Shown here piece after piece: positions 18,528 to 28,900 of a DNA stretch of 64,000 bases. Made by a program: the position numbers and the translations under genes. The notes under the pieces were generated by a model. The model saw nothing but the letters and a program-made list of their open reading frames with translations, was not told where the DNA came from and searched no databases. The stretch's first letter is position 1. Each line of letters begins with the position of its first letter. The stretch spans positions 3,578 to 67,577 of IMG/VR virus record IMGVR_UViG_3300022932_000018, one strand, 5' to 3'. The stretch is from a virus.

Positions 18528-20690
18528 ATGCCTTATAAAATTTCCATGCAGGGTAGCTCTGCCCTCTTTCAGCAGTATGACGAGGACGGCGATCCCGTCG
18601 GGAATGCTTATGCTGCCGCTCGAGAAAATATCGCTACTTCCATCAGTTCTGACCGGATGATGATCAGCTTTAAGAACACAGAGGACAACACGGCTATTTT
18701 TGGCAATGGTGTTCCGACCGACGAGCTGATTACTGATAACAGCACGACTGCGCTATACCCGGATGTTGACGCATTCATAGCGAACTCTGCTTTTTTTCTT
18801 TTTGAGGGTGGCGGAACCGGCAGCGGCCTTCCCTCTATGGTAGGAAATGCCGGGAAAGTGCTTTCGACAAATGGCACATCTGCAAGCTGGGAAGCTATTA
18901 GCGCTCGGTTCAACATTGTCGATTATGGAGCTGTTGCGGCAGCACCGGGAGAAGACCCTGATGATGTGCCCGACTCTACTCCCGCAATCCGAGCAGCTCT
19001 TAATGCAATTTTGGCGACTCCTACTAAGTCGGGCACGATTTGGGTGCCCAAGGGAGTTTTTTATCTTCAATCCGCTCCGCTTACTGATGGCTATGGGCGT
19101 CGTGGGCAAATAATGGTTCCTCTATTTACGGAGGCAGTTGGCACAAATGGGATTTATCCGTGTATTCGAATTGAGGGAGAGGAGTTCCCGGCCACCGAAG
19201 TCCAGGCGTTGATAGAGACAGTGCCGCCTTTGAATGGCTCAATGCTCATTTCTAATTATTTGGCTCCAGGTGGTCAACACTTTAGTGTAATAAATGTCGC
19301 TGCAAATTCGGATGCTACAACTTTTGAAAAGGTAAACTGGGTGCGGGTGGATGTTCACAATCTTGGTGTTGGTACCCGGACGCATGACATAAATGGCAAT
19401 CCTGCACGGATATCGTCAGATGCTGTAGACCTTGATTGGGCTGCGCAAAGTATAAATGGCGATGTCCGCACATTCACAAGCGTAGCGCCTATAAATTCGT
19501 TAAATCCAATGCTTGGCGGTGTAGAAACTGTTGGTTTCCGGATGCCACGCGGCAGCAATCACGCTACTTGTACAATTAATTATTTGCTTACAAACGGATT
19601 TTCATTTGGGTCATGGTTGGGCGAACACACTATTGCCAATCGGATAATTGCTGTAGGTAATGACACAGGTCTTCTTACTTCCGGGGAGTACCCTATTCAG
19701 GTCAACAGTTACTGTACAGAAGCAAATCGTTATAACCATAGGTGCACCAATGCAGCTAATGTCAGTTTTGGCATGATTGAAGGAGAGAATTTTAAGCCTT
19801 CAACGCTTCCACAATTTGCGAACGCAAATGACTTGGATTCCTATGGCGGTGGCTTTCTTTACGCTAATGTAACCGTGCTGCAGCGTTTTGTAAACTTCGA
19901 TGGTTACAGCGGCGGTGGACGAGCCCCTTTTGTAAAGGGCAGCGCCTTGATTAAGGCGGCTATAATTAATAATAATGGGCTGTATGGTGTTGAAGCAGAT
20001 ACATGGGACAATGGCACAAGGCCTTCTGCTCCTATAAATGGCATGAGTGGTTACAATACAGATAGTCTTAGAATGGAGTATTATGTAGGCAGCGAATGGC
20101 GGACGATTCTAACGGAGGGTTTGCCAAGTCCCGCAAGTACATATCTAAACATGACGGGCGGTAGTGGTCAGTCTGATGTGGCTAACGTTACGGCTATTGA
20201 GCAGCTAACCCAAGACTTTGAGATATCATTTGATGCTAAGATTGCTCCGGGAAATGCGCTTTCTTACGTTTTCGGCGCGATTGGCACAAGCCCTGCTGCT
20301 GACAACTGGGTTATTGTATATCGTTCGGATATCAATGCTCTTGTTCTTTGGGATAACAATGGTAGTTACCTGGGGCAAGCAGCTTCGGTACCCGACACGG
20401 CATTCCATAACTACAAGTGGCGCAGGACTGGTGGCGTTACGACTGCATATCTCGACAATGTAGCAGGTAATACAAACGCTACGGCATTCCTTACGACCGC
20501 GAAGACTGCTCCGCGATTTATTATTAGTGCACGGCCCGGCCATCCTAATAATTGGGTTGGCGGGTTGAAAAATGTTCTTGTAAAGATTAATAGTGTTACG
20601 GTTCTTGATTTGCCACTGGCCGATGACGGCGAAGACAATGGTCCAAATGGCATTGATGTTACTCTTTCAGGCTCCTATTCATTTGTGTAA
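18528..20690 (+). CDS. Tail spike / receptor-binding protein (pectin-lyase-like beta-helix plus LamG-like C-domain)
   Basis: GNAGKVLSTNGT hinge; FNIVDYGA...DSTPAIRAALN...GTIWVPKGVF beta-helix cap; C-terminal FHNYKWRR...AYLDN concanavalin-like motif. Confidence 0.75.
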   Translation: MPYKISMQGSSALFQQYDEDGDPVGNAYAAARENIATSISSDRMMISFKNTEDNTAIFGNGVPTDELITDNSTTALYPDVDAFIANSAFFLFEGGGTGSGLPSMVGNAGKVLSTNGTSASWEAISARFNIVDYGAVAAAPGEDPDDVPDSTPAIRAALNAILATPTKSGTIWVPKGVFYLQSAPLTDGYGRRGQIMVPLFTEAVGTNGIYPCIRIEGEEFPATEVQALIETVPPLNGSMLISNYLAPGGQHFSVINVAANSDATTFEKVNWVRVDVHNLGVGTRTHDINGNPARISSDAVDLDWAAQSINGDVRTFTSVAPINSLNPMLGGVETVGFRMPRGSNHATCTINYLLTNGFSFGSWLGEHTIANRIIAVGNDTGLLTSGEYPIQVNSYCTEANRYNHRCTNAANVSFGMIEGENFKPSTLPQFANANDLDSYGGGFLYANVTVLQRFVNFDGYSGGGRAPFVKGSALIKAAIINNNGLYGVEADTWDNGTRPSAPINGMSGYNTDSLRMEYYVGSEWRTILTEGLPSPASTYLNMTGGSGQSDVANVTAIEQLTQDFEISFDAKIAPGNALSYVFGAIGTSPAADNWVIVYRSDINALVLWDNNGSYLGQAASVPDTAFHNYKWRRTGGVTTAYLDNVAGNTNATAFLTTAKTAPRFIISARPGHPNNWVGGLKNVLVKINSVTVLDLPLADDGEDNGPNGIDVTLSGSYSFV

Positions 20691-20710
20691 AGAATAGGAT
20701 GGATTTATGG

Positions 20711-20742
20711 AACACCCTGCGTCCCGTAAGGCGCGGGGTGTT
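20711..20742 (+). terminator. Hairpin after the tail spike
   Basis: AACACCCTGCG...CGCGGGGTGTT inverted repeat. Confidence 0.55.
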
Positions 20743-20768
20743 CGTATTATAGGCTAACCACCTGCAAG

Positions 20769-21878
20769 ATGTTCAAGACTTTTTTTAAGGCAATAGTGCT
20801 GTGCTGCACCTGCATGATGATGGATTCATTTGGCAATGGGCAGGCCATCTCTGGTTACAATGACACGGCCGGGAACAAGAAAGCTATTCCTATCAGCCGG
20901 ATGGACAGGATTCTGCTACGCATGCGCCAGGATAGCATCGATACCCGTGCCCGGTTTGTTCAGGATAGTTCCAATTCTGCTGTGAGGGCCATGCTGGCTG
21001 ATAGCTTTACTCAGATAAACACCATGATTATCTGGGAGCTGGCAGGTAAGTTGGACACCTCTATGGCGGACAGCATGTTTACCATGGTTCGTGGGTTGCC
21101 TTCCTACACGATCACCGAGGATGAAATAATGAATTGGAATGGGGCGTATGCGGGCGTGGCTACGAAGCTGAACATCGCTGATACGACCGGGAAGTGGCTG
21201 TCTTCTGCCTATGTGCCTACCTGGAATGTGATAGCTGGCAAGCCCCCTTTGTTCAGTGGTTCCTATGCAGACCTTACTGGCAAGCCTGCCATTCCGGACA
21301 TCAGTGGCAAGCTGAATATCTCGGACACCACTGGCAAATGGAAGCCCGCGAGTTATGTTGCCCCTGTGTTCTCGGTGCAAGGTCGTGTTGGAGCTGTAAC
21401 GCTTATTTCTGCCGATATTACAACGGCCCTTGGCTTCACTCCCATTTCTTCGGTGCCAGCGCAAACCTGGTCCTCAATTACAGGAAAGCCACCGTTCTCG
21501 ACTGTAGCCACCACCGGTGCATACAGTGACCTGACCGGGCTTCCTACAATCACTACCTATACCGCCGGTACTGGTATCAGTATTGCCAGCGGCGTAATCA
21601 GTACATCGGGCATGACTGCTGTCACCCTGCCTACGGTGAATGTTACTGAAACAGCTACCGTGGCAATTGCTCTTGGCTGGCGTAATGTGACTGTTACTTG
21701 TGCTGGAGTGCTGGCTGGCGACAGGATTCAGATAAACCCTACTTCGGCGCCAACAGGCTACGCAATCGGACAAGCTGTGGCCACTGCAAACAACACGCTG
21801 CAGGTTCAGGTGTATGCTCCTTTGCTGGCCATCGGTGCCAGCTATACGATTCAGTGCAAAATTCTCGCGTTCAGATAA
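20769..21878 (+). CDS. Tail-fibre-like protein with internal repeats
   Basis: KLNI.DTTGKW twice, W..I.GKP and YxDLTG.P repeats, VFSVQGRVGAVTL fibre motif. Confidence 0.7.
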   Translation: MFKTFFKAIVLCCTCMMMDSFGNGQAISGYNDTAGNKKAIPISRMDRILLRMRQDSIDTRARFVQDSSNSAVRAMLADSFTQINTMIIWELAGKLDTSMADSMFTMVRGLPSYTITEDEIMNWNGAYAGVATKLNIADTTGKWLSSAYVPTWNVIAGKPPLFSGSYADLTGKPAIPDISGKLNISDTTGKWKPASYVAPVFSVQGRVGAVTLISADITTALGFTPISSVPAQTWSSITGKPPFSTVATTGAYSDLTGLPTITTYTAGTGISIASGVISTSGMTAVTLPTVNVTETATVAIALGWRNVTVTCAGVLAGDRIQINPTSAPTGYAIGQAVATANNTLQVQVYAPLLAIGASYTIQCKILAFR

Positions 21879-21888
21879 ACCTAAAAAT

Positions 21889-22110
21889 ATGGCAAGAGTA
21901 GTAAAAGGCCGGATGATTCCGGTGGAAAATACCGACCGTAAGTTTGGCAGTGCCACTTCTTACATGGCAATCCAGGTGGAAGATGCAGATGGACGCAATG
22001 AGCGCTGCCTGCTGTTCACCGACGCTGAGATTGCGAAAGCGCAGGAGCGTGCCAATCGTAACCCGGAAGACCTCACACAAAAGGGCTTCATCACAAATCT
22101 TCTCGACTGA
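21889..22110 (+). CDS. Small conserved-looking hypothetical protein
   Basis: ATG 21889 follows an A-rich leader; coupled to the next gene. Confidence 0.6.
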   Translation: MARVVKGRMIPVENTDRKFGSATSYMAIQVEDADGRNERCLLFTDAEIAKAQERANRNPEDLTQKGFITNLLD

Positions 22111-22646
22111 TGTCAAAGACAATTCTTTCCTTCAACAACCCAAGCCCACAGTGGGTGACCTGGCTTTTTCGTATTGAGTTCCTGATCACGAAAGGCCTTA
22201 GCGTGTGGATTGCATCTACTGCTCTCATTTCTGCAGCTGCCAAAGTTGAGATACTGCTGGCATTATCCACCATAGATTTGGTTGTATGGGGATTCGCAAG
22301 AATGATGGGTGTAAAGAAGCCCGACGATAGTATATTTGAAGTTCCTAAACCACCTATAAGGAGAACCATGAAAAAAATTGCCTTTTTTCAGCAAGACCTC
22401 GCTGATACCGTCGTGTCTATCAATGGCGACACTACTTACGCCGGCCAGCCCATCAGCACCCTTCCTCAGCTGAGCGAAGACTACACCATTGAGCTCGATG
22501 AAGCTGACGAGTACGAAGACCTGTGCATAGCTGTTGACGACAACGTAGACCCTGCCAACTTCATCTGTGTTTTCAATAATGCTACCAACGGGCAGTACAA
22601 TGCTCCGGGTCAGGCGATTCTCGGGCCACGTCCGCCACACCGTTAA
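22110..22646 (+). CDS. Holin-like membrane domain fused in frame to an acidic domain (internal start 22368)
   Basis: Two hydrophobic segments in the first 70 aa; AGGAG-N4-ATG at 22359-22370 in the same frame. Confidence 0.55.
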   Translation: MSKTILSFNNPSPQWVTWLFRIEFLITKGLSVWIASTALISAAAKVEILLALSTIDLVVWGFARMMGVKKPDDSIFEVPKPPIRRTMKKIAFFQQDLADTVVSINGDTTYAGQPISTLPQLSEDYTIELDEADEYEDLCIAVDDNVDPANFICVFNNATNGQYNAPGQAILGPRPPHR

Positions 22647-22647
22647 T

Positions 22648-23007
22648 ATGCGCAGATACATCAACATATTCCTGACCATACAGGCTGTGGCTTTCATGGT
22701 CATTGGGAATCATGTGTCTGTGTCGCCTGACAGCTTTTATCTTTATTTCCGGTTCTATGCTCTGGCAATATTCACTTTGGCTATTCTTGGCAGGGTGAAT
22801 GTCCAGAGGATGGACTGGAAACCAAAATATGTAGCTGAGGTTTTTATAGCCTGGAGTGCCATAAATCTATTTGATGAATTTTTAGGAAACCCAACCAAAT
22901 TTGAACCGGCAGAATACTTTATCGGCCTATGTCTTCCTTTTTACTGGATAGTCCGGCACGTCTGGCAAAATAGAGGTGAGCAATATCCTAAACGCAACGA
23001 AGAATAA
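22648..23007 (+). CDS. Multi-pass membrane protein
   Basis: About four hydrophobic segments; ATG 22648. Confidence 0.6.
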   Translation: MRRYINIFLTIQAVAFMVIGNHVSVSPDSFYLYFRFYALAIFTLAILGRVNVQRMDWKPKYVAEVFIAWSAINLFDEFLGNPTKFEPAEYFIGLCLPFYWIVRHVWQNRGEQYPKRNEE

Positions 23008-23010
23008 TGA

Positions 23011-23304
23011 ATGAAAGAGATAGTAGCCGCTCTAAGGTGGGCAGTCACGACAATGGTTCGCCGACCTCTGATTGGTGGGCTATTTCTGTGTATTTTTTGG
23101 GGCAGCTGGGGATGGGTGCTGCTAGTGGATCGGATATTGAAGGAAGATATAAAGGACGCAGAAACAGCCAAGCAATTAAAGGCGGCTACAGATGAAACTA
23201 TTTCTGCTCAGAAAACAACAATAGAAGTCCAACAAAATACCATCATCCGGAACGCTACGCTTCCTCAAAAAACCGAACGCCATGAAACGCCTGATTCTCC
23301 TTAG
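23011..23304 (+). CDS. Membrane-anchored coiled-coil protein (i-spanin/holin candidate)
   Basis: N-terminal TM segment followed by a helical domain; lysis region. Confidence 0.45.
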   Translation: MKEIVAALRWAVTTMVRRPLIGGLFLCIFWGSWGWVLLVDRILKEDIKDAETAKQLKAATDETISAQKTTIEVQQNTIIRNATLPQKTERHETPDSP

Positions 23305-23521
23305 CGGTTGCACCCTCTTTCTTTCTGCTCAACCACATGGTCAAAACTCCAACCAAAGGGCCATAAGCCAAGACACCCGATACTATCAAGATAGTATAGC
23401 CAATAATATGCGCGAAATCGATAGCTTGAAGCATGAGAAAGCAGTTAATGCAGGAATATTGAAAGTACAACAAGAGCGTGCCGACAGCCTGGCAAAGATT
23501 AATTACCCCGATGCAGAGTAA
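23282..23521 (+). CDS. Secreted/lipoprotein (o-spanin candidate)
   Basis: MKRLILLSGC; overlaps the preceding gene. Confidence 0.4.
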   Translation: MKRLILLSGCTLFLSAQPHGQNSNQRAISQDTRYYQDSIANNMREIDSLKHEKAVNAGILKVQQERADSLAKINYPDAE

Positions 23522-23625
23522 AGATACAACACAACAAATTCCGGATAACAAACTGTTTGCAAAAACCTTTTTAGCGGTGACGGCATTAATCGTCCTTCTT
23601 TTCACAATAGTCTATACCACATCCC

Positions 23626-23916
23626 ATGAGCGCAGCAGAACAAGCACAGATTGCCGTAGCGTCGGACCCTCAGATTCAAGGTCTACGCGGCCTTTACAAC
23701 CAGTACAATCTTGATTTTGAGAAGGAGCTCGACAAGGCTGTAAAGAAATTCATCCCAGACGACCTGCAGGAGCCCATTGGGTATGTCGTTGGACAAATCT
23801 ATCGTCATCTTCGTGCGAGGCTGGACGAACTTGCTGCGCAGCCGGGCACCAGCAAGGGTGGTAAATTCTGGCGGTTACTCTATAACATTGGCCGTGCTAT
23901 CGGCCTGGTAAAATAA
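23626..23916 (+). CDS. Hypothetical protein
   Basis: 96-aa ORF before the endolysin; amphipathic C-terminus. Confidence 0.55.
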   Translation: MSAAEQAQIAVASDPQIQGLRGLYNQYNLDFEKELDKAVKKFIPDDLQEPIGYVVGQIYRHLRARLDELAAQPGTSKGGKFWRLLYNIGRAIGLVK

Positions 23917-23920
23917 TGCT

Positions 23921-24604
23921 ATGACAAAAGCTCAAATAAAGTCGATTCAGGAACAGCTGAACAAAGCGCTGCCTGATCTCCCGGCGCTGGATGAAGATGG
24001 ATTCATAGGCGCTAAAACAAAGGCTGCTCTTATGGCTTGGGAAACTCGCCGCAAGCTGTCGCCTATCGCTGACTTTGACCGGGCTTATGGTGTGATGTTC
24101 CCGGTGCCACAGCCAAAGGGTAGCAATGCGGGGAAGTCGCTATTTACTTCAGCCCGTGCGCTGAAAGTTTACGGCAAGCCGGGCGTTGCAGCGACGCAGC
24201 CAAAGTACATGGAAACATGGGTAGTACCTGCTGATATTCGTGAAGCGTTTGCTCATGTTTTCTTTTCGGCAGTCGGCGAAAAAGGCTTCCCTAAAAAAAT
24301 ATTCATCAACAAAGACTTTCGGCCAGAACTTGAAAAGGCACTCCGAAATATAATTGACCGTGGCTATGCCAGTGAGTTGAAAACATGGGACGGCTGTTAT
24401 CAACTACGGGCAAAGGTTGCAAATGCAGGTAGCTATTCAATGCACGCATGGGGACTAGCGGTGGATTTAAATGCAGGAGAGAACGGCTACAATAAGCCAG
24501 TTCGCCTTAGCGAAGGTTTTATAAAGTGCTTCACCAATTGCCATATCATTGCTGGTGCGTACTGGAAAACTCCAGACGGGATGCACTTTGAGCTGGCTGG
24601 ATAA
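23921..24604 (+). CDS. Endolysin: PG-binding domain plus M15-family peptidase
   Basis: IQEQLN...DGFIGAKT PG-binding motif; SMHAWGLAVDLN and DGMHFEL Zn-peptidase motifs. Confidence 0.9.
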   Translation: MTKAQIKSIQEQLNKALPDLPALDEDGFIGAKTKAALMAWETRRKLSPIADFDRAYGVMFPVPQPKGSNAGKSLFTSARALKVYGKPGVAATQPKYMETWVVPADIREAFAHVFFSAVGEKGFPKKIFINKDFRPELEKALRNIIDRGYASELKTWDGCYQLRAKVANAGSYSMHAWGLAVDLNAGENGYNKPVRLSEGFIKCFTNCHIIAGAYWKTPDGMHFELAG

Positions 24605-24639
24605 TTATCTGGCTGGGATAGCGTTTGTCATTTACTTCT

Positions 24640-24671
24640 AGACCTGCCACACATCATGGCGGGTCTTTTTA
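24640..24671 (+). terminator. Intrinsic terminator after the endolysin
   Basis: AGACCTGCCA...TGGCGGGTCT followed by a T-run. Confidence 0.65.
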
Positions 24672-24791
24672 TGCATGAATAGACGCATTAAACCATGCTT
24701 ATCCATGCCGGATAACGCAGGATAAACAAAATTTCGTGATGTGGCAGGCTTGTTGTTAGATGCCCGTATTATCCACTGTAATTTATCCGCC

Positions 24792-25331
24792 ATGCCATCA
24801 ATACCTTCTCTGATTAACAGAATCCAAAATGCGCTTACGGCCGGCAACGGGAAAGTGCCATGGTCCGGCAGTGAAGGGCAGCGGCAATTCTTCCTTGATA
24901 CGTTGGATATTCTGCGTACCAAAGGGCTTGCTTTCGTAGCCAATACAACAGTGCTGGCGCAGCTTTCTCCGGAAGACACTGTATTGGCGGTGATAGAGAA
25001 CGTCGGCTTCTTTGCTCACAAGAATGAGCCACAGGGCAGTGAAAAGCCGAATGACGTGGTATCAAGCGTTGGTGGTATCTGGCGCTTCCTCGGCGCGTTT
25101 GGCGCAACCAGTTCCAATACTTTCGTTGGCGACGGCACCACGACGGTATTCACCATCAACCATGGTCTGAATACTGAAACTCCATCGGTGACTGTGTATG
25201 ATGTGTCTGCTCAGTTCCCGACTATCATGTACACCGGCATTACGGTGGCTGTGCTCAATGCAAACAGCATCCGCATCACGTTCACCTCGGCACCGGGTGC
25301 TTCTTCCAAGAAAATTAAAATCTCCAAGTAA
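24792..25331 (+). CDS. Tail fibre/collar-associated protein
   Basis: GDGTTTVFTINHGLNT..PSVTVYD...NSIRITF motif; ATG 24792. Confidence 0.65.
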   Translation: MPSIPSLINRIQNALTAGNGKVPWSGSEGQRQFFLDTLDILRTKGLAFVANTTVLAQLSPEDTVLAVIENVGFFAHKNEPQGSEKPNDVVSSVGGIWRFLGAFGATSSNTFVGDGTTTVFTINHGLNTETPSVTVYDVSAQFPTIMYTGITVAVLNANSIRITFTSAPGASSKKIKISK

Positions 25332-25928
25332 ATGGCTTCTCCGATTATCGAACAACTGAAGACCATCCTGGCTGGGATGAAAACTACCCCTTCCGGGCTG
25401 GTTGAATACAACAATAACAGCCTGCAGTCGTTTCTCACTTTGGTGCTTGCTGTATTTCAGGCAAGAGGCCGGTCCGTATGTTTGGATGTTGCTGAGCTGT
25501 CAGCGCTTGATGCGGATGAAGGAATACAGGCTTTTGTACAGGATGTCGGCGACTTTATTCTGCTGCCGTATTCGCCCGGCACTGCTCCAGACAATGTAAC
25601 GACCTTTGCTTCTACAACGACCAACTCGCTATGGACGAAACAAGAGGTTTTGGTGGATGGTCTGCCCGGCTTTACTATTGCATCGCCGGCAAACGGTCAG
25701 ACACTGGTGTACGACAATGTTTCCGCTACTTTCAAGAATGTAGCTGTGAATCCGTCGCTGGCCTGGACATCTGTTACTGGTAAGCCTACGCTGGCAACCA
25801 AGGCAACGCTGGCATTCAATCTACCCGGCACTCCTACCTACGCAGGCAATGCACAAGCAATAGCTGGAGGCCTGGTGGTGGATGATGTTTACAAGCTCTC
25901 GAGCGGTGAGCTCAGAATCGTAATTTAA
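25332..25928 (+). CDS. Tail fibre-associated protein
   Basis: PANGQTLVYDN..FKN and WTSVTGKP fibre motifs; N-terminus resembles the preceding gene. Confidence 0.65.
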   Translation: MASPIIEQLKTILAGMKTTPSGLVEYNNNSLQSFLTLVLAVFQARGRSVCLDVAELSALDADEGIQAFVQDVGDFILLPYSPGTAPDNVTTFASTTTNSLWTKQEVLVDGLPGFTIASPANGQTLVYDNVSATFKNVAVNPSLAWTSVTGKPTLATKATLAFNLPGTPTYAGNAQAIAGGLVVDDVYKLSSGELRIVI

Positions 25929-25930
25929 TT

Positions 25931-28900
25931 ATGGCAAGCAATAACCAGACAAGATTACTGAATGGGGGGATAGAGTCAGATCGTCCCCCTTTTGGTGCGG
26001 AACCATCCGAGGTGCTGCATAGCCTGAATATGCACCCGGTAATTCAGGGGAAGGGCGGAAAGACTAGCCTTCAGTCTTTTCCTGGGAATATCGCCATGAT
26101 GTTTTCTGACGTACTGCCACCCGGCCCTACCAATCCGCCCATCACCTACACGTTGCTTGGCAAGTGCGTGTATGAGCCAGACAACGTAGCTTACCTGTTT
26201 TTCCATGCCAGCTCGGGTCCGCACAGGATTATAAGGTTTGATGGCAACGCTCCGACTGTATTTTTCCGGTCGGACTATGTTGTTGGTGGTACGGGATGGA
26301 CGGTGAATACGTTTATCAGTTGCGCAGCGACAAAGGACTTGCTGATTTTTACTGATGGGACGACAGACGTTCGTTATCTCAACCGCGCCACAACCTATTC
26401 GTCCGTCACGCCAATTACCCAGGCACAGCTGTCCATCATCCCTGAGCCTGGTGTTGTGCCTCTTTTGGTTGGGCGGAACAACAATGCTTTGCTTGGCCGG
26501 CAGATACAGACTGTGCCTGTTCAATTCAGCTACATCTTCACCAATACCGATAACATAAGGTCAGTGTTGGCGCCGTTTTCGCTTACGGCATTGCCGGCAA
26601 GGGAAAGTCAGATGGCGACTCTTTCGTATTTCTGGAATGTGATTACTGTCATCATGCTTTATGAGCAGAAGATACCGGAAAATTGGAAGACAGTAGAGTT
26701 TGTTGTTCGCTACCCTGAAACAAACAAGTTTGATATCATACGTCGTTGGTCCCGTGGTAATCCTGCTGACGAGGCTGCGGTGAATACTCACAACTCGGGC
26801 AGTGGAGGACAGCTTACCCTGACCAATTGGGATGGTAGTAGCTTGGAAACGCTCGACCCTGTGTATGCAGCAAAGCAAGCCGAAGCTCTTGCCCGTACTG
26901 CGGATGTCCTTACGCTATCGCTGAACAGGCTTTTCTTGGGGAATGTGTTGAATGGGTATAATACCCCGGTTATTAAGCCTGTTGCCAGCCTTACACTCAA
27001 CAATTTCAATACAGTATTGCCGGGTGGCACTACTTACCCGGTGTTCATACTTCAGTACGCGCATGAGCCAGAACCAGGTTTGAATAAGTATGATGGCTAT
27101 TTTACGATGCTTGTCAGGATTTCTGGCAAGAACTATGTACTTCCAGAAGACATCAATCCTGCATTCATACTACGATATAATGCTACTCCTGATACTTACC
27201 CGGTATTCTGGACGGTGCCAGATAACATCAACATGGCTTTCCTTCGGGAGCTGACTGTGACTGCTGACCTTGACTTGACGAATGTGGCGCCTGCAACGAT
27301 TACCATTCAGCGCAACCGATGGTTAGCCATTAATGAAGCCCATGGCACCACTATTGATTTTGAAGGTGGTGGCGTTGCGCTTGGTCTGGGTCCAAATTCT
27401 CGTAGCTATGGTAGCTTCCAGCTTCAGGCAGACCCGGATGAATATGGTTTGCTTGGTAAAAACCGGTTGTTTGCCCCTGGCGATAGCTATGATGTAGGGA
27501 TACGATACTATGATGCTGGCATGCGTAGCTCGGGGCTCTTGTTTTTGAGCACAATCAATATACCGGCCTACAGCCCGGATACTCTGGTAATGACGGAATC
27601 CATAAGCGCTACTCTCTCGAATGCCGGGAATCCTATTCCTGCGTGGGCAGAATATTATGGGCTTACTCTTACCTCAAACAAGAAAGCGAACCGCCTTATT
27701 GAGTTTGTACCCGACACTATAAAGGTGGCAATTAAGGACAGCGTTACCGGCGAGATAAAACTTGGTGGCAACGTATATCTGACAACTCCACCATCTGGAT
27801 TTGAGTTGTATGGCCTGGCAATTAGCACAAGTTCTTTGCCCAGGTATGGGTATGGTTATTCATATACTGCCGGCGACTCTATTGAGTTGTCAGGATTCAA
27901 CAATGCAGGCTCCGGCCCTACGTTGATAAGTGGTCCGGTATTGGGGGCTTCGGGAGGCTATGTGTACATGAAGGTGTCTTCCGGGGTCTTTGCTCAACTT
28001 GACAACATCGTTCCTGATGGCTCCAATACTTATGTTACTGTTGGCGGTGGTACTGGCATCGTTCTGACACCTTCTGGTGGCAAGACTCAGAACATTGTAT
28101 TTGCTACAATTCTGATGGGTCAGCCAGGCTCTGACGAGCAGTTTGAAGTAGCCAAGTTTGGACCGGTTGTCGGTCCGGCGGGCTCAAGGATATTCGGAAA
28201 TTTCTATTCAAGTGGCACAACTACTGCGGTGCTACTAGGCGATTACTATACCCAAAAGAGGATTGGCAGTACGGGTTCAGCTACCGGTTTTGCTGGTTCT
28301 CCGTATGAAATAAACAACGCATTCCATGTTACCGATCTCGGTCGTGTTGCTCCGGTCGACAATGTGGGTGAGCAACAACTTGGCAATACGATTATCTGGA
28401 GTAATCCAAATATACCAGGTTCCAACACCAATGGCTATGGCACTTTTGATGCCCAGGATTATGCAATCGTTGATAGCCAGGCCGGGGAAATCAGAGCACT
28501 CGTTCCAACTACAAAAGGAATACAGGACGGTGGTCAGATGGTTGTTCTTTGCACGCATGGCTCCTTTGTGTGTTTGGTTGGTCAGCAGCAGATAAAGGGT
28601 GGTGATACAAACAATGCTTTTACAGCCGTTGTGGGGGTGTTGGGTAACCTGAACCCTATAGCTGGCGGCCGGGGCATGCAGACTTACCGGGCATTTGATA
28701 GTTACCAGGGCAGCGTGTGGTGGGTAGATGTTTTCAGGAAGGAAGTGGTGGAATTTAATTCCGCTGGTGCCGGCAGCGTATCTCGCTTTGGTAATGCAGA
28801 ACTATTCAAAGCATTGTTGACCTCCGGTGAGCCGCGTGTAGGTGTGAATCCATACAGCACGAAAGTCCTTGTGTCCATGCCTCAGCGTAGCGGCGAGAAG

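Noticed and set aside
21165-21341. DGR template/variable repeat pair in the fibre gene
   Set aside because: The repeats differ mainly at synonymous positions, not specifically at adenines, and no reverse transcriptase is present.
25915-25930. Ninth late-promoter motif (CGTAATTT), also at 58157
   Set aside because: Lacks the TAT ending and the conserved G at -3, so it was not counted.
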